Shown: positions 55,122 through 63,611 of the stretch, in pieces
Layout: each line of letters opens with the position of its first letter
How positions within the stretch are numbered: the first letter of the stretch is position 1
Virus record (IMG/VR): IMGVR_UViG_3300042934_001067
Span: 32,001 to 96,000 of that record
DNA from: a virus
Reading direction: 5' to 3' (one strand)
DNA: 64,000 bases
Made by a program: the position numbers and the translations under genes
The notes under the pieces: model-generated
Databases searched by the model: none
The model's input: only the letters and a program-made list of their open reading frames with translations
What the model was told of the DNA's origin: nothing

Positions 55122-55319
55122 ATGGAGTACACCGACTTCCACAAGTCAAGTGCAAGCGGCTCGGGCGAGAACTGCGTCTATCAGGGTGTCGCCCGCGACG
55201 CCGACGGCGCCGTTGCCAAGGTCGGCTTCTACGACAGCAAGCAGGAGGAGGGCCAGCGCGTCATCGTCGGCGTCGCCCCGGCCGCCTGGACCGCGTTCGT
55301 GGACAGCGTCCGCGCCTGA
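55122..55319 (+). CDS. DUF397 (BldB-like) protein
   Basis: FHKSS.S....NCV...DSK......AW.AFV. Confidence 0.9.
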   Translation: MEYTDFHKSSASGSGENCVYQGVARDADGAVAKVGFYDSKQEEGQRVIVGVAPAAWTAFVDSVRA

Positions 55320-55341
55320 CACACCCGCTCAGCACGCAGGA

Positions 55342-55372
55342 AGGCCCCCGGCAGACGAAGTGCCGGGGGCCT
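55342..55372. terminator. Hairpin between convergent genes
   Basis: AGGCCCCCGGCA-7nt-TGCCGGGGGCCT. Confidence 0.75.
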
Positions 55373-55403
55373 CTCCCGTATCAGAATCGACCAGTGGCGG
55401 CCG

Positions 55404-55874
55404 TTACTCAACCCCGCCCGTCCGGGGACCTTGCGGGATCTTCGCCCGCTCCCAGACCAGGCAGTTGCTGCTGTCGAAGAACTCGCCCGCGTGCAGCTCG
55501 ACATACGCGTCACCCCGGGACGTGTTCTGGGCGATGACGGACCGCAGCTCGCCGCTGGCGTCCTCGGCACGCGTCCAGGTGCAGGGGCGGGAGTTGCCTG
55601 TCGAGTGGTAGATCCCCGGCCGGACGTCGGCGTGATCGGTCGTGCCGACGAGGAACGTTCCGTCGCCGGGGATCGTCGTCTCCGTCGGTGTGCCGACGTT
55701 CGTGGCGCTCGGCGACGGCGCCGGGGGGATCGACTTCGACGCTATGGAGAAACCGGCGAATATCCCGACGACAAGCAGAGTGAAACCCAATACGTAGGCG
55801 CGGGGCGGCATTCTCCTGGGGTGCCCTGCACGGGAGTCCGAGTCGCCGTTGACCTCGGTGGATTCCCCACTCAT
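55404..55874 (-). CDS. Membrane-anchored extracellular protein
   Basis: One TM helix then IPGDGTFLVG..D..PG.Y....C.W.R....G....I domain common in actinobacterial surface proteins. Confidence 0.75.
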   Translation of the reverse strand: MSGESTEVNGDSDSRAGHPRRMPPRAYVLGFTLLVVGIFAGFSIASKSIPPAPSPSATNVGTPTETTIPGDGTFLVGTTDHADVRPGIYHSTGNSRPCTWTRAEDASGELRSVIAQNTSRGDAYVELHAGEFFDSSNCLVWERAKIPQGPRTGGVE

Positions 55875-56167
55875 GAACCAGCCTTTTCCCTGTCAGCGCG
55901 TGCGCGGATATCGCCTTCATTCACTCGATGGAGAATGCGTCCGGTGGCGGGTGTCCGAACGACTGCAGAACGCATCGAGGTCGGGTGGTTGAATATGCAG
56001 GCAAATGGAACCTACCCCATCTCTGGGGTGACCGCAACGCTCCGACTGCGGTCTCGCGATCTTGCTCCCGTTCACCACTTCAACATCTTCATGTCGACAT
56101 AGTTCTGTCAGAACGATTCTCCGCTCGGGACGGTTGAGCACCTCCTTCCGGTTCCCGGACCACCGTA

Positions 56168-56183
56168 TCGAACACTCATTCGA
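56168..56183. promoter_or_regulatory. Putative actinobacterial LexA (SOS) box
   Basis: TCGAAC-ACTC-ATTCGA, 1 mismatch to TCGAAC-N4-GTTCGA; abuts a leftward TACGGT -10. Confidence 0.55.
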
Positions 56184-56304
56184 ACACGCGAGTGGAACGG
56201 TGGCGTGTCGTCGCCTTGGTCAACGAACAGACCTCGAACAAGGTCACGCCGGGTGGCGTGACCGTTCCGTGAAAGAGGCGTGAGGGAGACGAGGAGTCGC
56301 TACG

Positions 56305-56541
56305 GTGACACCAGCTACGGCCCTCCCCGGTCTCGACGGAGAGGGCCGTACGCTCTTCCTCATGGCCGCCACCATGCCCCACCGCTGCGACGAGACCTGC
56401 GTGTGCCCGATCCATGGCACCCCGATGTGGTACTCGCCCGCCTCCGACGACCACGCCTGTCAGGACGCTAACTGCGTCTACGCGGGCGGCGTGCGGGCGC
56501 TGTACGGCGTCTGGATGGACGTCTTCCGCCCCTTCCTGTGA
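56305..56541 (+). CDS. Small Cys-rich protein
   Basis: GAGGAG SD; C...C.CP.H...HAC...C. Confidence 0.65.
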   Translation: MTPATALPGLDGEGRTLFLMAATMPHRCDETCVCPIHGTPMWYSPASDDHACQDANCVYAGGVRALYGVWMDVFRPFL

Positions 56542-56601
56542 CCCCCGGCCGCAGAGTTAGTTACCTCCTGGGCGTAACGAACTCTGCAGACCAGCGTGGG
56601 A

Positions 56602-57753
56602 TCACGCTTCTTCGTCGGGCAGGAGGCGGCGCCACGTTCCATCGACGAGCGCCTGCTTCAGGGTGGGGATCAGGACTCCTGTCACCGGCCCGCGCTTCCT
56701 CAATTCGTCCCGCCGGATCTCTGTCGTCCCCGGCACGCAGAAGGGCTCGAACGCCGACATGAGGGCCTGGAGCTGCTCCGGGTGCCGCCGTGCGAGTTCT
56801 TCCCGGGAGTCACCCCGGGCCTCGTGCCAGGGGCGCTCGATCTCCTCACGTCGGGCGGAGACCGCCCGGGCCAGCTGCCGGGCGTGCATCATGCACTCCC
56901 GGTGCCGCTGGGCCAGTCCTCGGACGAACCTGCGCCGGTTGATGATCTGGCGGGCCTCTTCGGTACGCATGTCCTGCAGGCTGGAGACGTCCAGTCTGGG
57001 CAGGCTCACACTGAACGCCGGGGTTACGCCTGCCAGTTCGCAGTGCCTGTCCCGCAGGTGCTCCAGGGCGCCGTACCAGCGGCCCAGCAGCAGGGGATGC
57101 CTCAGCTCGGAGCACCGCTCCTCCTGCTGCGTCACATCCCTGGCCGCATGGTGCGTCAGGGCTGGCGTCGGCATGTCCAGGAAGGCCTGGACACCAGGCG
57201 TGACGGGCGCGTGGATCATTCCCCTGCGGACCGCGTCCTCAATCGATTCGAACCTGTCGGCGTAGCGGGCGTCGGCAAAGGGCATCTTGGCGGGCAGGCC
57301 CCGGCGTGCGATCTCGGCGGCGGCCAGCTCGTCGCGCTCCTCCTTGTAGTGCCGGGACAGGAGCGCGAGGCAAGCCAGTCTGGCGTCCTTCATGTGGGCG
57401 GGCAGCATGTCCCAGCCCTGCTTGCCGTCCCTCTCCCTCATCAGCCGGTGGACATGCCCCAGCCGCTGGGAGACGAGGCCGGAGTGCTTCACGGTGCTCT
57501 CCAGCCGCCGGTCGCGGGTGTAGTCCATCCGCTCCACGCTGGACTTCAGCTCTCCCGACGCCGCGTACAAGGCATCCGCCCACTGCTCCAGCCAGTCGTC
57601 GCTGCACAGAGCCTCGGTCACGGTGGGGTGCACCAGGCCGGTGGCCTCCGCCACGGCGGTGGAGGTGAGGACGGAGAAGTCGACTTCCCACCACCGCTCC
57701 AGCTCCTCGTACGGCATGGTGCGGATGACGGACATGGGCAGGTACGAAGGCAT
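56602..57753 (-). CDS. Helical hypothetical protein with internal duplication
   Basis: L.S..WLEQWADAL and LRHP.LL.RW..AL repeats. Confidence 0.7.
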   Translation of the reverse strand: MPSYLPMSVIRTMPYEELERWWEVDFSVLTSTAVAEATGLVHPTVTEALCSDDWLEQWADALYAASGELKSSVERMDYTRDRRLESTVKHSGLVSQRLGHVHRLMRERDGKQGWDMLPAHMKDARLACLALLSRHYKEERDELAAAEIARRGLPAKMPFADARYADRFESIEDAVRRGMIHAPVTPGVQAFLDMPTPALTHHAARDVTQQEERCSELRHPLLLGRWYGALEHLRDRHCELAGVTPAFSVSLPRLDVSSLQDMRTEEARQIINRRRFVRGLAQRHRECMMHARQLARAVSARREEIERPWHEARGDSREELARRHPEQLQALMSAFEPFCVPGTTEIRRDELRKRGPVTGVLIPTLKQALVDGTWRRLLPDEEA

Positions 57754-57904
57754 CGCAAGGTGTCCCTTCGGGCAATGGCGGGCGCCGCACGGGAAGTTGG
57801 CCTGGCGAGGGCCACCCCTGGGCGTAGTCGGCAGTCTAGAACGCCCGAGGGCACAGCGAGGGCCGTTCCGCCCACGGACCCGCGACACTTGCGGTAACCG
57901 GCAG

Positions 57905-58333
57905 TTACCGATGCTTACGACGCTCGACTCCAGAGCTGCGCCTCGCGGGACCGCGCGGTTGGGGCCTGCGGCGGCCATGACGGCACCTGTCCCCGTTTCG
58001 GATCTTGCCGAGAGTGGGTTTACACGTCCGCCCGCACTCGATGCAGACGACGGGCCACCCCTTGCTCAGCGCGCCGGGATAGTCCTCCAGGGGCACATAC
58101 CCGGCCCTGCGGATCTCGGCCTCGGCCTCCTCGGCAGTGGGGGCGGCAGGCAGACAAGCGCACCCCTGACGCAGCAGGCTGAACGAACGCACCTGCACGC
58201 GCCGCTCCCGCCCACACTTCGGGCACTTCAGCAACCAGGGGGTGCTCGTGTCCCCTGGATAGGGCTCGGCAGGTATCAGTCCCAGTGCGTTGGCACGCCG
58301 TCGTGCCTCGTTGTGATCGACTCGCTCAGCCAT
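57905..58333 (-). CDS. Tandem zinc-ribbon repeat protein
   Basis: Two A......G..P.E.YPG....W...C..CGR repeats; GGAGG SD. Confidence 0.7.
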   Translation of the reverse strand: MAERVDHNEARRRANALGLIPAEPYPGDTSTPWLLKCPKCGRERRVQVRSFSLLRQGCACLPAAPTAEEAEAEIRRAGYVPLEDYPGALSKGWPVVCIECGRTCKPTLGKIRNGDRCRHGRRRPQPRGPARRSSGVERRKHR

Positions 58334-58424
58334 GACCTCCCCCTCGTCGGCACGCAGCATCCTAGGCCCCAGCGCTGGTCGATAACTGGCATTATTGACC
58401 CGAACTCCCGGGGGGTATGTAAAA

Positions 58425-58739
58425 ATGTCGTCCGTGACCGCCAACACAGAGAAGCTCTGCGAGAGCTGCCGACGCGAACCCGCCACCGCTGTCAACCAGT
58501 GGACCGGCCACCTCGTCGGAGAGAGATGCGCGCGCATCAGCAGCCGCATCCAGACGGACACCATCACCGTGCAGAACATCGAGAGTGTGCTGCGCAACGC
58601 TGTCACCGAGGACGGCGAGGACTACACCGGCTACCAGAGCACAGCCATCGAACTCATCGCCGAACTGCTCGTCTACCAGACCAAGCGCATCGCCGACCTG
58701 GAGGCCGTCGTGGCCAAGCTGACCAAGGAGAACTCATGA
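58425..58739 (+). CDS. Hypothetical protein
   Basis: Codon bias, coupled to next gene. Confidence 0.65.
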   Translation: MSSVTANTEKLCESCRREPATAVNQWTGHLVGERCARISSRIQTDTITVQNIESVLRNAVTEDGEDYTGYQSTAIELIAELLVYQTKRIADLEAVVAKLTKENS

Positions 58740-59080
58740 CCACCACCCTGACCCTGCCGTCCGTACGCAACCTCGCCCCGTACGGCTACAACGAGACCTG
58801 CGACATGGCGGACGAGACGTACCTGCGGGAGATCGAGGACGCCATCTGCGCGGGCCGAGTCCTCGACACCGTCGCCAGCTCGAAGGACCGCAGGGAGACG
58901 CCCCGGCAGGAGGTGTCGGTGACCTGCTTCCGGGACCCCCGCGCGGGCGAGATCCGGTATGCGGTCGAGATCTGGAATGGCGGCCGGAACGGCAGGTACG
59001 ACTACGCCGACAGGAAGACGGCCGGTGAGGAAGCGGAGCAGTGGGTCCGGTCGATCAGCATCCAGCCCACCGGCCGGTGA
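58736..59080 (+). CDS. Hypothetical protein
   Basis: AAGGAG SD, ATGA overlap. Confidence 0.7.
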   Translation: MTTTLTLPSVRNLAPYGYNETCDMADETYLREIEDAICAGRVLDTVASSKDRRETPRQEVSVTCFRDPRAGEIRYAVEIWNGGRNGRYDYADRKTAGEEAEQWVRSISIQPTGR

Positions 59081-59379
59081 CGGACGTGACCACCGAGAGC
59101 AAGACCCGACTCCGGAAGATCGACACGATCAACAAGCAGTTCGCCGTGGTGACGTACGAGGCCACCCGCGACGGAGTCGTCCTCGGCACCGTCACGAAGT
59201 ACGACGAGCCCGCCCACACGACGGTGAGGTCCTGGAAGTCGGGGAGGCCCCAGCAGGTGCTGCGCGAGTACCGCGAGATCTACTGGGCGTGCGACCCAGA
59301 CCCCTACAGGGAGGGGTACCGCCTCCGCTCGGACTGCGTGAAGGCCCTGGAGCGCATCGCCGGGGTGGTGGGCTCGTGA
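59077..59379 (+). CDS. Hypothetical protein (paralog of 59567-59851)
   Basis: K.RLRK....NK.....TY....D....G.V.KY. Confidence 0.7.
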   Translation: MTDVTTESKTRLRKIDTINKQFAVVTYEATRDGVVLGTVTKYDEPAHTTVRSWKSGRPQQVLREYREIYWACDPDPYREGYRLRSDCVKALERIAGVVGS

Positions 59380-59570
59380 GCACCCTGACCTTCCGGTGGC
59401 CGATGCCGCGCGACACCGTCGTCACCCAGGAGGCCGCCGACGGCCTGGTCGGCAAGAACTTCCATACAGGTGGCATCGCAGGCGTTGCACGCGGCACTGT
59501 CACCGCCGCCACGGTGGTCGACGAAGGCAAGGCCGTCGAACTGGCCGTAGACCTGGGCGCGACCTCGTGA
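59376..59570 (+). CDS. Small hypothetical protein
   Basis: GTGA overlaps at both ends. Confidence 0.6.
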   Translation: MSTLTFRWPMPRDTVVTQEAADGLVGKNFHTGGIAGVARGTVTAATVVDEGKAVELAVDLGATS

Positions 59571-59851
59571 GTACCAAGGCCCGGCTCCGCAAGGTCGAGC
59601 CCCGGAACAAGTCGGGCTGCCAGGCCACCTACGCCGTTCTGATCGACAACAAGATCGAGGGGTACGTCGACAAGTACGTGCACCAGGAGGTCACGCGCGG
59701 GGGTGGCCAGCGCAGCGGGCGCACCACCCGGACGGCCATGTACACCACCTGGGGCTATCGGCGGCCCGGCACGCTGGAGGTACCCCCGGGCTGCAGCCGC
59801 CGCAGCGACGCCGTCGATCGGCTCGTCGCCTCTTTGGAGAGGTCCTCGTGA
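59567..59851 (+). CDS. Hypothetical protein (paralog of 59077-59379)
   Basis: Shared N-terminal pattern; GTGA overlaps. Confidence 0.7.
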   Translation: MSTKARLRKVEPRNKSGCQATYAVLIDNKIEGYVDKYVHQEVTRGGGQRSGRTTRTAMYTTWGYRRPGTLEVPPGCSRRSDAVDRLVASLERSS

Positions 59852-60255
59852 CCACCGACGCGCCACCGTTCGAGGTGCTGCCGAAGCAGACGTACGTGCC
59901 GTGCAAGACGGACTACCTCTGGGGGGAGACGGTCCACAAGCCCTTCGTCGTGTGGGTCGTGGACGGCGACCGGGTCAAGGTCTGGGATCCGACCGGCGGT
60001 CAGCGTATGGGCGGCTTCCGGTGGATCGCGCGCCGCAACCTGCACGAGAGCGGCACCACCGCACGGGGCAAGGAGCGACGGACCGGCTTCCGCCTGCGCT
60101 GCGGGCCGCCGACGTCGAAGGACCAGGAGCTGTGCGGCTCCTGCTTCCGCTGGGTCGACCCCGAGGGGATGGCCGTGTCGGCCTGGACGCTCGGGCACAG
60201 CACCTGCAAGCCGTGCAAGGCCGAGATCGACGAGAGGTACGGGACACTGTCGTGA
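59848..60255 (+). CDS. Hypothetical protein with C-terminal Zn finger
   Basis: CGSC...CKPC. Confidence 0.7.
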   Translation: MTTDAPPFEVLPKQTYVPCKTDYLWGETVHKPFVVWVVDGDRVKVWDPTGGQRMGGFRWIARRNLHESGTTARGKERRTGFRLRCGPPTSKDQELCGSCFRWVDPEGMAVSAWTLGHSTCKPCKAEIDERYGTLS

Positions 60256-60851
60256 CCGGACAGATCAAGGAATACGGCCTGGTCGAGGGACACCAGCAGG
60301 ACGAGCGCCTGGTCGTCGCCACTGACGCTTCCGTCAACGACACTCACGTGGCGATCGCCTATGTCAGCAGCCAGGGCCACTACGGCATGCGCGCTCACCC
60401 TTACTCCCTGCACCTTATGAGCGGCAAGCACCGCTCGACCGTCAACGAGTTGCGAGCGGTCATGGACGCTCTGGAGAACCTCGTAGATGAGACCGACCGC
60501 AAGCCGATCCGCGTGCTGACCGACAGCGAAGACGCCCTGAGCTACCTGACCAGGTGGAAGGAGGGCGAGGAGGACATGCCGCCTGGATACTCGCTGCGCT
60601 CACGGTCCCAGGGAGGAGTTGCCACCCTGGTCGCTCTGCAGCGCAAGGTGCGCCGCCTCCAGGAACTCAGCTTCCGCCTCGTCCTCGGTCACACCGGCCA
60701 TCCGCTCAACGAGACCGCCGACTCGCTCGCCAAGCTCGGCCTGCGGTACAGCACGGGCAAGGTCAAGGGGGACGTCGTCCGACGGCATGCTCCGCAGTGG
60801 GCCGCCCTCGCGGTCGGCGACTTCAGCCGCTACACAGCGGAGACCATGTGA
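60252..60851 (+). CDS. RNase HI-family protein
   Basis: VATDAS, ELRAV..AL, VLTDS, GHTGHPLNETADSLA. Confidence 0.85.
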   Translation: MTGQIKEYGLVEGHQQDERLVVATDASVNDTHVAIAYVSSQGHYGMRAHPYSLHLMSGKHRSTVNELRAVMDALENLVDETDRKPIRVLTDSEDALSYLTRWKEGEEDMPPGYSLRSRSQGGVATLVALQRKVRRLQELSFRLVLGHTGHPLNETADSLAKLGLRYSTGKVKGDVVRRHAPQWAALAVGDFSRYTAETM

Positions 60852-61834
60852 ACCCTCAGCCCGTCAGCACAGTGACCACCGACCTTGTCGTTGCTCCGTC
60901 TGCCCTGCCTCTCCTGCATGCGGACGCTGCCCGCGTCCGAGCCACTTGCGAGGAGATCAGGCGGCAGTGGCTGGTGGAACTCAAGAACGCCCACACTCAG
61001 CGGGCCTACGGAAGGTGCGCCGGGAACTGGTTCGACTGGTGCTTCGACAACATGGTCAGCCCGCTGGCCGCCCGCCGCTACCACTCCGCACGGTGGTCGG
61101 CCGACCTGCAGGAGGTCCTCGGTGCCTCGGCGGTGAACCAGGCCCTCTCGGCCATGAACTCCTGGTACGAGTTCGGCCTGGACGAGTACCCGCAGGCGTT
61201 CGAGATCGAGCACACGCCGTGGCGCAGGAAGCACCGGGTCGACGTCTCCGACGAGTCGCAGACGCTCGGCCTGGACAAGGAGGAGGCCCAGCGCCTGCGG
61301 GCGATGAGCTGGGAGTACGGGGCGGTCGACGCGGCCGTGGTCGAGGTGCTGCTGGGCATGGGCCTGCGGTCGGCCGAGCTGGAAGCGGCGAACGTGGCCA
61401 GCTACGGCGGCGCGCGCGGCCACCGGACTCTGAAGATCGTCCGCAAGCGCACGAAGAAGCAGACCCTCGTCGTGCCGCCGGACGCGGCCCGCGCGCTGGA
61501 CGAGCACCTCGCGCGGCGGCCCGGCCGCCGCGACGACGACGCCCTGGTGCTGTGCGCCGATGGCAAGCGGCTGACCAACCGGCGCATCGCTGGCATCGTC
61601 CAGCGCTGCTGCAGGGCCGCCCGCATCGACAAGGCGCTCTCCCCGCACGGCCTGCGCCACACCTGCGCCACGCTGATGCTCGACGCGAAGGTGCCCCTGC
61701 GGAAGGTGCAGCGGTTCCTCGGTCACGCCGACCCTCGGACGACGAACCGCTATGACCTGGCCCGGCACGACCTGGACGGCTCACCGGTGTATGACCTCGC
61801 CGAGTTCCTCAGTGGAAAAGCATTGAACGCCTGA
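60848..61834 (+). CDS. Tyrosine recombinase/integrase (XerC/D-like)
   Basis: GLRSAEL, RK, HGLRH, LGHADPRTTNRY catalytic residues plus N-terminal SAM-like domain. Confidence 0.92.
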   Translation: MNPQPVSTVTTDLVVAPSALPLLHADAARVRATCEEIRRQWLVELKNAHTQRAYGRCAGNWFDWCFDNMVSPLAARRYHSARWSADLQEVLGASAVNQALSAMNSWYEFGLDEYPQAFEIEHTPWRRKHRVDVSDESQTLGLDKEEAQRLRAMSWEYGAVDAAVVEVLLGMGLRSAELEAANVASYGGARGHRTLKIVRKRTKKQTLVVPPDAARALDEHLARRPGRRDDDALVLCADGKRLTNRRIAGIVQRCCRAARIDKALSPHGLRHTCATLMLDAKVPLRKVQRFLGHADPRTTNRYDLARHDLDGSPVYDLAEFLSGKALNA

Positions 61835-61836
61835 AG
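61816..61836 (+). repeat. 21-bp A-rich motif, copy 3
   Basis: AAAAGCATTGAACGCCTGAAG. Confidence 0.7.
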
Positions 61837-61880
61837 CGGTAGAATGCTGATCTACCCACCACCGAGGAGACCGCCCGCCC

Positions 61881-62378
61881 ATGGCCAGCAGTGCAGCCCG
61901 TCGCGCCCGCCGTAACGCCGAGAAGGCAGCCCGGGAGAAGGAGCAGGCCCCGGCCGTCCCCAAGCCGCAGGCGCCTGCTCCGAAGCCCGTACAGCCCGTC
62001 CTGGCGGCCGTCCCCGAGCCGGAGCCTGAGCCGGAGGCCCAGGAGCTGAACTTCATGGTGCCGCCGGGCGACCTGCTCCTCCCGGAGGGCGTGTACCCGG
62101 CGGACAAGCAGAAGCCGCTCGTCGTCGACTACGCGCTCGACGCGCACTGGCAGCAGTTCAGGGGCCGCAACCCGGACCTGCGGATCTTCCAGAAGACGAT
62201 GCGGGCGATGATGCGGGTGCTGATGCGTGAGGAGCACGCGGCCGTGGAGGCGGCCCGCGCGGAGGTCCGGCGCACGGGAGTCCCGGTCCGGCCGCAGGTG
62301 CCGCCGCTGCTGAAGGCCATCCGCGAGGAGCTGCGGCAGATGAAGGCCGAGGAGTCCGGCGCGATCTTCGACGACTGA
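61881..62378 (+). CDS. Hypothetical protein
   Basis: GAGGAG SD; TAGAAT -10 at 61840. Confidence 0.7.
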   Translation: MASSAARRARRNAEKAAREKEQAPAVPKPQAPAPKPVQPVLAAVPEPEPEPEAQELNFMVPPGDLLLPEGVYPADKQKPLVVDYALDAHWQQFRGRNPDLRIFQKTMRAMMRVLMREEHAAVEAARAEVRRTGVPVRPQVPPLLKAIREELRQMKAEESGAIFDD

Positions 62379-62388
62379 CTGTACCCGG

Positions 62389-62436
62389 CAGCGAGGCCCC
62401 CTCTCCGTCCCGTGTCTGGGAGAGGGGGCCTCGCTG
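62389..62436. terminator. Terminator hairpin
   Basis: CAGCGAGGCCCCCTCTCC...GGAGAGGGGGCCTCGCTG. Confidence 0.8.
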
Positions 62437-62590
62437 TTACTCGATGATCGGCCTCAGCGCGCATGGCGGCAGAGTCTGCGGCACCGCACGCGCTGTGAGG
62501 GCCAGGCCGTCTCCGGCCGTGAAGCCGGAGTGGGACCAGTGTGCACGATCCGGGGCCGTGCGGGTGACAGTTTCTCAGTTCTGCCCGTGG

Positions 62591-62788
62591 CTACGGGCGT
62601 TCGGGCGACAGCTGCTGCAGCAGATGGACCGCGAGGTCGACGGCGTCGCCGTCGAACGTCGCCAGGGCCTTGGGCCGGTGCACGGCGAGGTGGTTGTGCA
62701 GGCGCTGCAGGGACGCCACGGCGTCGTCGTGGAGGGCGGCGGCCGGGTCCTGGGTCGGGGGCGCCGGGAAGGCGCCTGGGGCGGTCAC
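62591..62788 (-). CDS. Small hypothetical protein
   Basis: GTGA overlap. Confidence 0.5.
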   Translation of the reverse strand: MTAPGAFPAPPTQDPAAALHDDAVASLQRLHNHLAVHRPKALATFDGDAVDLAVHLLQQLSPERP

Positions 62789-63033
62789 CAGCCGCTCACG
62801 AACGGGTCGGCGGCCACCGGCTCCAGCTTGTCCAGGTTGCGGTTCTCCCACGCGAGACGGGCCGTCATCGACGTCGCCACCGACTGCGAGGCGTGCGGGC
62901 CCTGGTGGCCCTCGACGACCTCGCAGGAGTGGATGGCGAACTCGCCGGACACCTGGTCGCGGCAGGCCCGCTCCGGGAAGACGGGGGTGCGGATCTCGGT
63001 GCGGGCGGGGGACTTCTTCGTACGCGGCGGCAT
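62785..63033 (-). CDS. Small Cys/His protein
   Basis: GAGGAG SD; C.......C....H.GPH. Confidence 0.6.
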   Translation of the reverse strand: MPPRTKKSPARTEIRTPVFPERACRDQVSGEFAIHSCEVVEGHQGPHASQSVATSMTARLAWENRNLDKLEPVAADPFVSGW

Positions 63034-63258
63034 GGCGGACTCCTCTCCACCCACTGGGGCCACGCGAACCCCTGTGGACAGCGTCGCGGCAATTGGTCAT
63101 ATGCCATGTTCGCCAGGGGTCTTTTCTCGATCTGAGAATGTGTCATACCTTCGACGTGCGGACACACAGAGTGATCAAGTGAGTACGCGTCGGTCACACG
63201 CGTGCCCGCACCTGCCCCGCCACGGGACAGGTCCACCTCCACACCAGAGGAGCAGGAC

Positions 63259-63522
63259 ATGCCACAGAAGGACCCCGCCAGCACCGACCTGTACGCCCGC
63301 GACCTCCTCGGCCCGTACGACTACATGTGCAACACCGACGGCAGCAACACCGACATGGAAAGCTGCCTCGGCATCGCCGAGCTGGCAGGCGGCGGCTACT
63401 CCATCACCGGCAATAAGCCCGAGGACACCGGCCGCGAGCTGCGCGGCAGCGTCGGCGAGCTGCGCGACCTCTACAGGGTCCTCCGCAACAAGCCGGAGAT
63501 CGCCGGGAACCCCACCCTCTGA
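63259..63522 (+). CDS. BldB-like / DUF397-related protein
   Basis: DLYA.DL ... C..IAEL.GGG.....NKP....ELR....EL resembles the BldB pattern. Confidence 0.6.
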   Translation: MPQKDPASTDLYARDLLGPYDYMCNTDGSNTDMESCLGIAELAGGGYSITGNKPEDTGRELRGSVGELRDLYRVLRNKPEIAGNPTL

Positions 63523-63611
63523 TCTCCACGCACCCCCGCTCCACGGCGCCCAGGACCGGTCCATGATCCTGGGCGCCGCTCCGCCCACGCTACCCGAACA
63601 GGAGCGCCACC

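Noticed and set aside
60252-60851. Retron/DGR or other RT system suggested by RNase H
   Set aside because: No reverse transcriptase motif recognised in the window.
63259-63522. RiPP precursor peptide
   Set aside because: Pattern fits a BldB/DUF397-like folded domain better, and no leader/core structure is seen.
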